IMG/VR virus record: IMGVR_UViG_3300028654_000384
Span: 62,001 to 126,000 of that record
Direction: 5' to 3' (one strand)
Length of the DNA: 64,000 nt
Both the position numbers and the translations under genes were made by a program. Shown piece by piece: positions 37,481-47,285 of this stretch. The notes beneath the pieces were generated by a model. The model searched no databases. It had not been told where the DNA came from and saw nothing but the letters and a program-made list of their open reading frames with translations. Each line of letters starts with the position of its first letter. Position 1 is the first letter of the stretch.

Positions 37481-38286
37481 GGGTTAGGTTGGGCTTGTTG
37501 AGAGAGCAGATACGCGCCATTCTGACGGAGTCGCCCGCCTCAAACGCATTTGAGAAGCACGTTGCATCAGCCGTAAAGGCCGCCCTTTCTGGGACAGGTG
37601 CCAAGATTGAACACGCTGGCTCTTCTGAGTACTCTGACATCCGCATTGACATCCCGGGCATTGGGTCATCATTCCTCGAAGTGAAGCTGACGTCAGGTGA
37701 CAACCTTGGCAACCCACGCCTGCAATACGATGGTAATCAGTGGATCGTTGCCGGCGACAGTGGTTCGCCGCTGGCAGCCTATGCAGTAGAGTTCATGAAT
37801 GAGTCACCCGAAGCGCAGGCCTTCATCAATGACCTCAAGGCGTTCCTGAAGACTGACACCGTCAGGTTACAAGGCAAGAAGCCCGGGTCGGTAACGTTGC
37901 CGCAGATCAAGGCGTTCTTAGCCAAACGACCCAACAAGAACATCGCTGAGCTTGACAGCGTCGATGCCGCCGCGTTGGCCACACAGCACTATGCCGTCGC
38001 CAAGAAGGAACCTGCTCACTACGTACAGGCAGGCGACGACTTCTACCTCATGGGTAGTGCAGATCCATTGGACTTGAACCTGGTCAACGATGGGCAGATC
38101 CCCGTCCTCAGGGGCATGGGTCGGCTGGCGGTTCGCATTGCCGATCGCAGCGCGCGCTATGAGGTACAAGTGTCAGTGAAGATGTGGAAGCACGATCCGA
38201 GCCCATTCTCGGCCATGCTGCCGACCTCTAAGGTCAATCCCTTCACTGCACTGGCTAAGTCACTGAAGGCCCGCAAGCGCGGCTAA
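37477..38286 (+). CDS. Tagged PD-(D/E)XK nuclease-like protein
   Basis: LLREQIRAILTES; SDIRI......FLEVK. Confidence 0.6.
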   Translation: MRVRLGLLREQIRAILTESPASNAFEKHVASAVKAALSGTGAKIEHAGSSEYSDIRIDIPGIGSSFLEVKLTSGDNLGNPRLQYDGNQWIVAGDSGSPLAAYAVEFMNESPEAQAFINDLKAFLKTDTVRLQGKKPGSVTLPQIKAFLAKRPNKNIAELDSVDAAALATQHYAVAKKEPAHYVQAGDDFYLMGSADPLDLNLVNDGQIPVLRGMGRLAVRIADRSARYEVQVSVKMWKHDPSPFSAMLPTSKVNPFTALAKSLKARKRG

Positions 38287-38289
38287 GAT

Positions 38290-38318
38290 CTGTACTTCAC
38301 CGCACTATGTGGTAGACT
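38290..38318 (+). promoter_or_regulatory. Sigma70-type promoter
   Basis: CTGTAC-17 nt-TAGACT with TGTGG extension; GGAGGT follows. Confidence 0.65.
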
Positions 38319-38336
38319 GCTCTCGGAGGTGCAATC

Positions 38337-39152
38337 ATGCACTATCGAGACACCGTTTGGTACACCAGCGCGGTCATGGACTTGAATGCTGAGATTGAGG
38401 ACCTTGAGGCCCAAAAGTCGCAGCTAGCCGGCATCAAGTCCAACCTGCGCACGAAGACACAAAAAAACGTCCTGTTGAGCGTCAAGAATCGCCTGAAGAA
38501 GAGGCATAAGTGGGCTCACAAGCTGGAGATGGGTGACCTATCGTACTTCAAGGCATACGAGCTAATCAGGATACTGGCGGAGCTTGAAGGTCGGTTGTGG
38601 TCACCTGCCGAATGCGCCACGTTGGGAGAACCGCGCGCATTGCACGAGGGCCCGGGCGAGAAGGCGATCAAGATGCGGTTGGGTCTAACGCTATCATCGT
38701 CTACTGGCAGAGACCTGCCCAATGGCGAGATCAAGTGGCTCGACAATGGTAAAGGCTCATTACAGGCGATGCAGGTGTCGCTGTGCGGTCAGAAAGCATG
38801 GGGCGCCTTCATCTTTGAACAGGCGGAAGCGGGCCTGTTCAGGGGTCTTGACCCCACTGTCAGGCAGGCGCTCAAGGACGGTGAAGTGCCCAAAAGGATG
38901 ATCGACGTGCTACCTCTCAACGTTCACCGTGAGCTATGCATGGCAGTCTTGCCGGCAAAGGTGCTGGCGGGTTACGGTGACATCTACTGTGCCTTCAATT
39001 TCGGTTACATCGTAGTGCCTGCCGATGACCTCAATGCCTGGCGTTTAACAGGCATCTCCAAGGGCCGACCACGCTATGCACTGAACATTGACTATGTCGT
39101 CATTAAGTTGCTGATCTCATCGTCCGAGCAGCAACTTGACGTAGTGGCGTAG
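38337..39152 (+). CDS. Hypothetical protein
   Basis: ORF after promoter and ribosome site. Confidence 0.65.
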   Translation: MHYRDTVWYTSAVMDLNAEIEDLEAQKSQLAGIKSNLRTKTQKNVLLSVKNRLKKRHKWAHKLEMGDLSYFKAYELIRILAELEGRLWSPAECATLGEPRALHEGPGEKAIKMRLGLTLSSSTGRDLPNGEIKWLDNGKGSLQAMQVSLCGQKAWGAFIFEQAEAGLFRGLDPTVRQALKDGEVPKRMIDVLPLNVHRELCMAVLPAKVLAGYGDIYCAFNFGYIVVPADDLNAWRLTGISKGRPRYALNIDYVVIKLLISSSEQQLDVVA

Positions 39153-39749
39153 CAGCGCCTCGGCGCGGGGCTTGCGAGCCCTGTCGGTCGTCTTGATGTC
39201 CTTGGGCGGGTCTTTCGCTCGGGCCGACAATACGTTCCACACTAGGTCGCGGTCGATGGCTTTGGGCAGGTGCTTGGTGAAGTTGGCCTTGTCACCCGCT
39301 CCGAGCCATTGCCGCATCTGGGTGCCCGACACGTTGACGGTCTGTGACCGCTCGATGGGCCGGAGTTTAATCTGCCCGTGGGCGAGAAGGTTGCCTGCAT
39401 ACTTGCTCAAGGTGGCGTAGTTGGCCTTCAGGTCGTCGGGGTCGGAGTAGATGTTGAAGGTGTCAGTGGAACCTGCTGTGTCGGCATCGCCCAATTCTTT
39501 GTAGACGTGGCCGATGGGTGAGCCACCGTAGGTGACGGTGACGTTGGCGGGTAGACTGGGCTCGATCGTCTCGTCCCACAGCTTCTTCATGTCGGCGCCG
39601 ACGATGGGCACCTCACCCGGCCGCGCCCGATCGCTCAACGACACGTAGAGGTGCACTTCATCGTTGTTGCGCGCGGCGATGTTGACAAGGGCACTATGGC
39701 CAGCCTGCCAGGGCTTGAATGATCCCGCGATGATGCCGATCTTTGCCAA
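39117..39749 (-). CDS. HxGH-class (cytidylyl/adenylyl) nucleotidyltransferase-like protein
   Basis: IIAGSFKPWQAGH, VSGTQMR; TACTTA upstream. Confidence 0.8.
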   Translation of the reverse strand: MAKIGIIAGSFKPWQAGHSALVNIAARNNDEVHLYVSLSDRARPGEVPIVGADMKKLWDETIEPSLPANVTVTYGGSPIGHVYKELGDADTAGSTDTFNIYSDPDDLKANYATLSKYAGNLLAHGQIKLRPIERSQTVNVSGTQMRQWLGAGDKANFTKHLPKAIDRDLVWNVLSARAKDPPKDIKTTDRARKPRAEALLRHYVKLLLGR

Positions 39750-39786
39750 GTGATAGTGTGCTCCTGTCCGTTATAAGGTAAGTACC

Positions 39787-40242
39787 ATGGACGACAAGAA
39801 CAAGGTTCGCCGGAAGGCGACTTCATGTGGCGGTCTACCGTGGCGAGTTCACCTGGGTCGAGTGCAGGTGCTGTTAGTCAAGCAATTTTCACACAGTGAC
39901 AACTGGGGCGTGCCTAAGGGTCACCTCAAACCCGGTGAATCGCTGGAGGACTGCGCACGGCGAGAAATTCGTGAGGAGACTGGCATCGACGTTGGGCTGA
40001 CCGAGCGCCTGCCTGACATCACGACGGTGCACCGTGGTGAGGAAAAGACGGTGGTGCTGTGGCTAGCGCTGCCCACTGCCGACGTTGAACCCTATCACGA
40101 CAACCCCGACAGTGAAGTCGCCGATGCGCGTTGGTTCAACATCGATGCACTGCCCATGATTCACAACTACCAGCGCACCATTGTCAAACACGGCATCGAG
40201 GCGATCAAAGTTGATCTCAACAGCTACGTGCCATCGCCGTGA
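39787..40242 (+). CDS. NUDIX hydrolase
   Basis: PKGHLKPGESLEDCARREIREETG. Confidence 0.9.
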   Translation: MDDKNKVRRKATSCGGLPWRVHLGRVQVLLVKQFSHSDNWGVPKGHLKPGESLEDCARREIREETGIDVGLTERLPDITTVHRGEEKTVVLWLALPTADVEPYHDNPDSEVADARWFNIDALPMIHNYQRTIVKHGIEAIKVDLNSYVPSP

Positions 40243-40481
40243 ACCTCGTTGACCTAAAACCCGGCAGCGTGTTTTACTGCCCACACGGTGCCACGATGTG
40301 GAGTAAATCTGCGGGGACCGGCGCATCAAAGGCGTTGGGTAGACTAAACACCCGCGAGCTGTGTTTAGTGGTGGCCTTGACCAAGGAGTCTGTGCTGATC
40401 GTGACGTCAGCACCGCGCGCGGTGTGGATCGACAAGATCAGTCAACACGGTGACAACGATCGCATCCGCAAGCTGTGGTGA
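40239..40481 (+). CDS. Small SH3-like hypothetical protein
   Basis: LKPGSVFY start; ORF track. Confidence 0.5.
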   Translation: MNLVDLKPGSVFYCPHGATMWSKSAGTGASKALGRLNTRELCLVVALTKESVLIVTSAPRAVWIDKISQHGDNDRIRKLW

Positions 40482-40521
40482 TGTGCCTGTAACTTTGGTG
40501 TGCGTGGCATACTTATCAGCG

Positions 40522-41562
40522 ATGGCGTCCGACAAACTGCTACGTGAGTTCATCAGTGAGGTGGTGCTGCTCACTGAGGAGGGCGAAGGTGGGGGTGAAT
40601 ACGCTGACTTATCAATGGCAGATGCTACGGGCAGTCCCTACGGCATGTCGTTCGGCTCCAACGACGACCTCTACAACACCTTCGTCAAACCCTTCACCGA
40701 CGTGGTGGGCGTGGCCGCGGGCAAGACCAAGGCCCTGTCACAGAAGGGTCAAACCCTGGTACGCGTTGCCTTCGAGGCCGTGGCCACGACGCTGGTGCCC
40801 ATCCTCCGCGACTCCTACGGCGAGATCTTCGAGAAGGAGAAAGAGGAACTCGACAAGATTCGTCGTGACTACCACGACGTCTTTCAGGCCACTTGGGATG
40901 CCTTCGAAGACCACGATGCGTTGCTGGCCGCATTCCTCCATGCGCCGGCGTCGTTCATCACGTCGCGATTGGCCAAGCAATCACCCAAGGTCGTCATCAA
41001 GATGATCAGCGTGCTGACGGGCGGCACCCTCGACACGTGGCTCGATAAGGTGAAGAACGCCTTCGGTGTCGAGGGTGGCCCATCAGGTGCCAACAAGCCG
41101 GTGCACGGTGGTGACAGTGGGCCCATGGAGAGCACCCTGCATGAGGATGGGGGTAACCACCCACCCATTGAGCAGGTGCTGACCAGCGACAAGGTGAGGG
41201 CCCGTGTCGCCGATGCGCCGGTGACCAAGAAGTTGCAGCAACGTGGGACGGAGATCACGCGCGGCACCCTGGAGAAGGTCTACAAGCAGGCCAAGGGGGT
41301 GTTGGGTGCCAAGTCGCTGGAGCAATTGCAACAGTTGGTGCATAGACCGCTCAAGGGCCTCGACAAGATGAAGGGCGTCCCACAACAGGAGCGTCAGGCG
41401 GCGGAACAGCAGATCTTGGCGGCGGCGAAAAAGTCGATGCGTGAATTCTACACGAAAAACCTCGAGGGTCAGGTGAAGCAGGCGCTCGACCAGGGAGTGC
41501 CCGACGACTCGCCTTATATCAGTGACTACCGGCGCGTCATCAGCAAAATCAAAGCACTGTGA
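40522..41562 (+). CDS. Tagged hypothetical (putative virion) protein
   Basis: MASDKLLREFISEV; TACTTA at 40510. Confidence 0.75.
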   Translation: MASDKLLREFISEVVLLTEEGEGGGEYADLSMADATGSPYGMSFGSNDDLYNTFVKPFTDVVGVAAGKTKALSQKGQTLVRVAFEAVATTLVPILRDSYGEIFEKEKEELDKIRRDYHDVFQATWDAFEDHDALLAAFLHAPASFITSRLAKQSPKVVIKMISVLTGGTLDTWLDKVKNAFGVEGGPSGANKPVHGGDSGPMESTLHEDGGNHPPIEQVLTSDKVRARVADAPVTKKLQQRGTEITRGTLEKVYKQAKGVLGAKSLEQLQQLVHRPLKGLDKMKGVPQQERQAAEQQILAAAKKSMREFYTKNLEGQVKQALDQGVPDDSPYISDYRRVISKIKAL

Positions 41563-41592
41563 TCGGTGTAGGATTACCTGAGGAGCACTCAC

Positions 41593-41913
41593 ATGGGCAA
41601 TTGGACGATCGTGATCAAGGGCGTGGGCTGTCATCACAACATGGACTACCTGGGCGACGCCGACCGCATGGCCGCCGAGTTCGTCAAGGCGCTGCGCAAT
41701 GCGGGTCACAGCGTCTCGCACGCGGCAATCACCCACGGTGGTGAGACCGACCTGTCACAGCCCACTGTCTACATCGACAATCAATCGACCAACAAGGGAC
41801 CGCGGTGTGACAAGGAACTGCACCACACTGATGGTACAAAGCCCGAGCACTGTCGGTTGGTCGTGGCCCATGAGGGCGTCTGTCTCCCGCCGGTGAAGTG
41901 GGAGACGCTCTGA
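41593..41913 (+). CDS. Hypothetical protein
   Basis: GAGGAG ribosome site; ORF track. Confidence 0.65.
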   Translation: MGNWTIVIKGVGCHHNMDYLGDADRMAAEFVKALRNAGHSVSHAAITHGGETDLSQPTVYIDNQSTNKGPRCDKELHHTDGTKPEHCRLVVAHEGVCLPPVKWETL

Positions 41914-41953
41914 TAGAGTGACCAAGTGTGCGGTGACGGTATAGAGTGACCGC

Positions 41954-42235
41954 ATGGCAAAGACAGCACCCGCAAAAGCAGTCGCAGAGATGATGCCCGA
42001 CGAGATCACCGCCTTGCGCGCCGTGGTCAACGACTTCATGGGCCAAGTGAGTTCGATCGACAACGAGATTGAGACCCTGAAGGGGGATCGCAAAGAAGTC
42101 ATCGAGTCCTTCAAAGACAAGCTCGATATGAAGACGTTGCAGACTGCGCTGAAGGTCATCAAGCTCCAGAACAGCATTGCGCACAAGGATGCCTATGACT
42201 TGTTCATGGAAGTCCTCGGCGATCCGGCCCAATGA
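41954..42235 (+). CDS. GapR/DUF2312 (T4 DsbA-like) DNA-binding protein
   Basis: LR..V..F......ID.EIE.LK.DRKEV..S.K...D.KTL. Confidence 0.65.
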   Translation: MAKTAPAKAVAEMMPDEITALRAVVNDFMGQVSSIDNEIETLKGDRKEVIESFKDKLDMKTLQTALKVIKLQNSIAHKDAYDLFMEVLGDPAQ

Positions 42236-42444
42236 ACCGCGGCACCGCCTGCAATGACTGCATCAGGTGTGCAGAGATCAAGGTCGCCGCACGTGGGGTG
42301 CGCGCCACTCTTCTTGAACCTGAGTTGAATCGCATGTTCCTGTGTCCGACGTGTGGCAACAAGCGGTGTCCCAAGGCAACCTACCACGACAACAAGTGCA
42401 CCGGCTCCAATGCGCCCGGACAGGAAGGCAGCGACTACAAATGA
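42232..42444 (+). CDS. Small Cys-rich protein
   Basis: CNDCIRC, CPTCGNKRCPKATYH. Confidence 0.6.
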   Translation: MNRGTACNDCIRCAEIKVAARGVRATLLEPELNRMFLCPTCGNKRCPKATYHDNKCTGSNAPGQEGSDYK

Positions 42445-43976
42445 GTGCCGATATTGAGTGGGATAAATCGGTGATCTTGAACGCTGACAATGAACATCTC
42501 CTTGCTTTGCCAGTCATGTCGTTCATCAAGGGATTGGTCGAGCGGTACGGCGCTAGCGTTGACACGTGTCTCGATGCCCGCAAGCACCGCAGCATCGTTG
42601 ACTGCGACTTCGCTCGTTCACCCGAGGAGCTCGACTCATCATGGCGTGCGGCACCCCCACCTGCCGACCTCATCGATCGCCGCGTCGAGATCACCGGGCC
42701 GCCCACCCGCAAGGGCGTCATCAATGCTCTCAATTCGGGCGCTGACGTCTTCATGGCCGACTTTGAGGACTCATGCTCACCGACGTGGGACAACCTGATC
42801 AGTGGTCAGGTCAATCTCTTCAATGCCGTTCGTCGCACCATTACCTACGACGATCCTACGACGGGCAAACACTACTCGCTCAATGACAAGCCAGCGGTGT
42901 TGATGGTCAGGCCCCGGGGCTGGCACCTCAAGGAGAAGCACGTCAGGCTCGATGGCAAGCCCGTGCCTGCGGCCCTGGTCGACTTCGGTCTCTATGTCTT
43001 CAACAATGCACACGAACTGTTGTCACGTGGGTCAGGCCCGTATCTGTACCTGCCCAAGATGGAGAGTCACCACGAGGCGAAGCTGTGGGACGATGTCTGT
43101 TCCTACGCAGAGCAGGTACTCAACCTGCCCATGGGCGCCATTCGCACGACGTGCCTGATCGAGACGCTGCCTGCCGCCTTCTGTATGGACCGCATCATCT
43201 ACGCCCTCCGCGACCGCATCGTGGGCCTCAACTGCGGGCGCTGGGACTACATCTTCTCCTTCATCAAGAAGCGCCACGATGACCCGAGCGCGGTGTTACC
43301 CGATCGCTCGCTGTTGACGATGGACAAGGCATTCCTCAACGCCTACGATGAGCTGTTGGTGCAGACGTGCCACAAGCGCGGCATCCACGCGATGGGCGGC
43401 ATGGCGGCGCAGATCCCGATCAAGGGCAATGCCGAGGCCAATGACGTCGCCATGGAGAAGGTACACACCGACAAGTTGCGTGAAGCAGCGATGGGCCACG
43501 ACGGCACTTGGGTCGCCCACCCGGGTCTGATCCAGATCGCTCGTGAGGCCTTCAAGGACTGCGGGCCCAATCAGATCGATCGGCCACGCACCAATCGACC
43601 CATCACTCGCGACGAGCTGTTGTTGGTGCCGTCAGGTCCCTGCACCGAGGAAGGCCTGCGCCACAACATCAGGGTTGGCATCCAATACCTCGAGGCGTGG
43701 TTGAGCGGCAATGGCTGCGTGCCCCTGTACAACCTGATGGAGGACGCGGCGACGGCCGAGATCTCACGTGCCCAAATATGGCAGCAACTACACCACGGTG
43801 CGATCGTCGGCGGGCGCCCACTGACCTACGTCAGGTTGGCGGACATCATCAGCCAAGAAACAATGCCACTGGTGGGCGCGCGGATCGACGATGCGATCAG
43901 GTTGTTCATGAAGGTTGCATGCGACCCGCACGAGTTCACCGACTTTCTGACGCTGCCCGCCTACGACATGCTGTAA
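42441..43976 (+). CDS. aceB: Malate synthase A
   Basis: RRVEITGP, NALNSGADVFMADFEDS, VRPRGWHL, YLPKMES, LIETLPA, GLNCGRWDY, MGGMAA, GHDGTWVAHP, LMEDAATAEISRAQ. Confidence 0.95.
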   Translation: MSADIEWDKSVILNADNEHLLALPVMSFIKGLVERYGASVDTCLDARKHRSIVDCDFARSPEELDSSWRAAPPPADLIDRRVEITGPPTRKGVINALNSGADVFMADFEDSCSPTWDNLISGQVNLFNAVRRTITYDDPTTGKHYSLNDKPAVLMVRPRGWHLKEKHVRLDGKPVPAALVDFGLYVFNNAHELLSRGSGPYLYLPKMESHHEAKLWDDVCSYAEQVLNLPMGAIRTTCLIETLPAAFCMDRIIYALRDRIVGLNCGRWDYIFSFIKKRHDDPSAVLPDRSLLTMDKAFLNAYDELLVQTCHKRGIHAMGGMAAQIPIKGNAEANDVAMEKVHTDKLREAAMGHDGTWVAHPGLIQIAREAFKDCGPNQIDRPRTNRPITRDELLLVPSGPCTEEGLRHNIRVGIQYLEAWLSGNGCVPLYNLMEDAATAEISRAQIWQQLHHGAIVGGRPLTYVRLADIISQETMPLVGARIDDAIRLFMKVACDPHEFTDFLTLPAYDML

Positions 43977-43991
43977 ACAGAGAGGTGCGAC

Positions 43992-45374
43992 ATGGATGAC
44001 ATCAAACGACCCTACACTCCCGCTGACGTCAAGCGCCTGCAGGGCCGCACCCGAATCGTACACTCGCTGGCCGAGAATGGTGCCGGTCGATTACGTGCTA
44101 TGATGGTGAACCAATCCGTGCGGGCGTTGGGAGCGCAGACTGGCAACCAAGCGGTGCAGATGGTCAAGGCAGGATTGAAAGCCATATATGCGTCAGGTTG
44201 GCAAGTTGCCGCCGACGCCAACACGTCAGGCCAGACCTACCCAGATCAGTCACTGTACCCCGTCGACAGCGTGCCCACCCTGGTCAGGCGCATCAACAAT
44301 GCACTGCTCCGTGCCGAGCAGATCGATGCGATGGAAGAGGCAGATGGCCAACGCAGCGAGAATCATCGTCACTGGTTAGCGCCCATCGTTGCAGATGCTG
44401 AGGCAGGCTTTGGCGGTCACCTCAACACCTATGAACTTGTCAAGGCGTTGATCGAGGCCGGTGCGGCAGGCATTCACCTCGAGGATCAGCTGTCGAGCGC
44501 GAAAAAATGCGGGCATTTAAATGGGAAAGTGCTCATCCCGACGTCTCAAGCGATCAACAACCTCGTCGCCGCCCGCCTCGCTGCCGACGTGCTCGAGGTG
44601 CCGACGGTCATCATTGCTCGCACCGATGCACTGAGTGCGCAATTGATAACCAGTGATATTGACGAACGAGATCGCCAGTTCGTTGCACCAACTAGTCGCA
44701 CTTCGGAAGGTTTCTACCACCTGACGGGCGATCCCATGCAGCGGACGATCGCTCGTGGCCTCGCCTATGCGCCCTACGCCGACCTGCTGTGGTTCGAGAC
44801 GTCAACGCCCGATTTGGCGCAAGCCAAGCAATTCGCTGAGGCGATCCACGCACAGTTCCCGGGCAAGCAGTTGGCCTTCAATTGTTCGCCGTCGTTCAAG
44901 TGGCGCAAGCACCTGACGGACGATCAGATCGCCTCGTTTCAGGATGACCTACACGCGATGGGTTATGTCTTCCTCTTTGTAACCCTCGCGGGTTGGCACG
45001 CCAATGCCAGCAGCGTCTTCGAACTGGCGCTCGATTATCACCAGCGTGGCATGGGTGCCTACGTCAAGTTGCAGGATCGGGAATTCACGCTCGAACAAGC
45101 GGGCTACACCGCCGTCAAGCACCAGCGCGAAGCCGGCACCTCATACTTCGACGCGATCGTTAGTGTCATCACCGGCGGTACTTCGTCGACGTTAGCGATG
45201 AAGGGCTCGACTGAGGCCGAGCAGTTCTCTGAACATGCAACCCCGTACGGGGTAGGATTACCCTATGGCGAAGAAGTCGAAGAAGAAGCGGGAAAAGACG
45301 GTGGTGTGCACGGATGTCGGGCAAGCGAAGTTCGCGCCCCAGCAGACGTACGCCCTGACGCTGACCCGGTTTGA
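43992..45374 (+). CDS. aceA: Isocitrate lyase
   Basis: [72 protein letters not shown]. Confidence 0.95.
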   Translation: MDDIKRPYTPADVKRLQGRTRIVHSLAENGAGRLRAMMVNQSVRALGAQTGNQAVQMVKAGLKAIYASGWQVAADANTSGQTYPDQSLYPVDSVPTLVRRINNALLRAEQIDAMEEADGQRSENHRHWLAPIVADAEAGFGGHLNTYELVKALIEAGAAGIHLEDQLSSAKKCGHLNGKVLIPTSQAINNLVAARLAADVLEVPTVIIARTDALSAQLITSDIDERDRQFVAPTSRTSEGFYHLTGDPMQRTIARGLAYAPYADLLWFETSTPDLAQAKQFAEAIHAQFPGKQLAFNCSPSFKWRKHLTDDQIASFQDDLHAMGYVFLFVTLAGWHANASSVFELALDYHQRGMGAYVKLQDREFTLEQAGYTAVKHQREAGTSYFDAIVSVITGGTSSTLAMKGSTEAEQFSEHATPYGVGLPYGEEVEEEAGKDGGVHGCRASEVRAPADVRPDADPV

Positions 45375-46298
45375 GGTCCTCCACCTACGCGACCTGTTTA
45401 GCATCACGTTGCCCACCGACGTCAAGCAGACGGTGAGCCAGGGATTGGCCGCCGTCGAGGATCGAGAGATCGTCGAAGCCAAGCTGTGGCGCAAGGTCGC
45501 CACCTTGTGTCAAGCGGCGGCAGTGCCGACTGACGATGCGGCCCCTGACTTCGTCTGCGCGGCGTCGCAGGCACCCCCGGTCGGCGTCTTCAGGCTGGCG
45601 CACGATCCGCAGGAGGGTCAGGAGAATCAGTCACCAACCGGGAGCGTGTTGGATAACATCGTGACCGGTGATGAGAACGTTGATGATCCGGGTGACGACG
45701 ACCCGTTCATGGGCGCCACGCCGTCATGGCCCACCGGTGAACCGATCGGACAACGTACACCAAAGAAGGCGAAGCAGCCGTGACCGCCTACAAGATCGGC
45801 CAGCTGATCTATGTGGTTCTTCGTGGCCAGAACACGGTGTACCCGATGATGATCACCGAGGTCATCAGCAAGCAGACGATGGAAGGTGACAGCATCACCT
45901 ACATGGTCGCCGGGGGTTCAGGTACGGGCGCGCAGGTACTGCCGATCGACAAGGTAGACGGTGAGATCTTCACGTCGGCGGCCGAAGTCAAGCGGATGTT
46001 ACTCGAGCGGGCGACCAACGGCATCAACCAGCTGGTCAACAACGCCGTCACTAAGGCGAAGGAGTGGTACCCGACTGCAACAGAAGCGACGACTGAGGGG
46101 TGGAAGTCCAATACTGAACCTCCTCACAAGAGCATCCATGCGCCTGGGCCGCAGATCAAGGCGCGAGGTGCCAAGTCGACCAAGGCGCGCGAAGAAGTGC
46201 CGCCCGTGACTGAAGAATTACCCGTCGATGGTGATGGCGTCACAGTGCAGATGCCCGACGGCACTGTCGCCCGCGTCAAGCTACCCGCCTCGATGTGA
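45265..46298 (+). CDS. Two hypothetical proteins (45265-45783, 45780-46298)
   Basis: ORF track; TAGGAT 6 nt before ATG 45265. Confidence 0.7.
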
Positions 46299-46308
46299 TG
46301 GGAGCCGA

Positions 46309-46314
46309 TAGTTA
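46309..46314 (+). promoter_or_regulatory. TANTTA motif (putative late promoter), representative of about 15 copies
   Basis: TAGTTA 5 nt before ATG; equivalent copies are listed in the findings. Confidence 0.6.
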
Positions 46315-46319
46315 GCTAC

Positions 46320-46640
46320 ATGAAGACGACAGTGGGCAAGTTGAAGCAGTTCATCACAGAAGCGATGGACATTCCGCAGTTCAAGTCGATCAAGGGGTTG
46401 TCACGCTTTGTACACAACAAACATGCACACGGTACCGTGGTGACTCGGGAAGCGATCGCCTTCACCAATCCTCCTCCCGAAGCAGTCAGGTTCACCGTCG
46501 GCGCTGGTTATTTGGTCGGTTGGAACACTGATGACCCACGACAACGTAACATTGATTGGGAGCTCCACATCAATGAGCCGGGTGGGTTTACCGATGGACC
46601 ACCTTGGGAATACAAGTGGGTGAAAGTGGGGACGGGATGA
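46320..46640 (+). CDS. Tagged hypothetical protein
   Basis: MKTTVGKLKQFITEA; TAGTTA at 46309. Confidence 0.75.
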   Translation: MKTTVGKLKQFITEAMDIPQFKSIKGLSRFVHNKHAHGTVVTREAIAFTNPPPEAVRFTVGAGYLVGWNTDDPRQRNIDWELHINEPGGFTDGPPWEYKWVKVGTG

Positions 46641-46900
46641 AGACGACAGTCGGCAAGCTTCGTAACCTCTGTGCTGAGGCGGTCTCGGCGCACCCCGACT
46701 ACTTGAAAAAGGAAGCGCTGCGTGAGGCCCTCCAACAAATCATCACCACGTCGGTAGCATCAGGTGATGTAGCGACCCAAGAAAGGCTCGATGGCCTCTT
46801 CGGCGACCTATCGATGGCACTGAACGCCTTGAAAGGCGTTCCCTTTGACGTGTGGGTGAAGATGGCGACGAAAGCGACGAAGGTGAGGAAGTCCCGTTGA
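46637..46900 (+). CDS. Tagged hypothetical protein
   Basis: MKTTVGKLRNLCAEA. Confidence 0.75.
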   Translation: MKTTVGKLRNLCAEAVSAHPDYLKKEALREALQQIITTSVASGDVATQERLDGLFGDLSMALNALKGVPFDVWVKMATKATKVRKSR

Positions 46901-47283
46901 GTGATAACACGACGCCGGCGACGACGCTCTTCTACGTGTGGTTGACGACCTTCGACACCAGCTATGTCGATCAACTGTGCCTCAAGCTGATCAAACGTGG
47001 CTTTGTGGTGGGGGCGATGGGCCGCAAGTTGTTCACTGAACACGAAGATAATGCCGTCAGCGTCGTTGCGTTGTCGATCCACCGTCATCCGGTGAGTGAA
47101 GAAGAGAAACGAGACTACACCGCGACGGGTATCCACGCCGAGATCACCGACGTGTTGCGGACACTGAAGGCCAAGTGGGCCAGCATGGTGGTGTCAGTCA
47201 CCGCAGGCTGCACGTGGAACATCGGTAATGTTCGGGTGACTGCCGCCGAACGCGCCGTCGAATTGACCAAGAAGTTGAACTGA
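46897..47283 (+). CDS. Hypothetical protein
   Basis: Probable TTG start overlapping upstream stop. Confidence 0.55.
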   Translation: MSDNTTPATTLFYVWLTTFDTSYVDQLCLKLIKRGFVVGAMGRKLFTEHEDNAVSVVALSIHRHPVSEEEKRDYTATGIHAEITDVLRTLKAKWASMVVSVTAGCTWNIGNVRVTAAERAVELTKKLN

Positions 47284-47285
47284 AC

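Noticed and set aside
42441-45374. Host chromosome segment or prophage boundary at aceBA
   Set aside because: Phage-type small ORFs, tags and promoters flank both sides, with no other host operon genes; the junctions still merit read checking.
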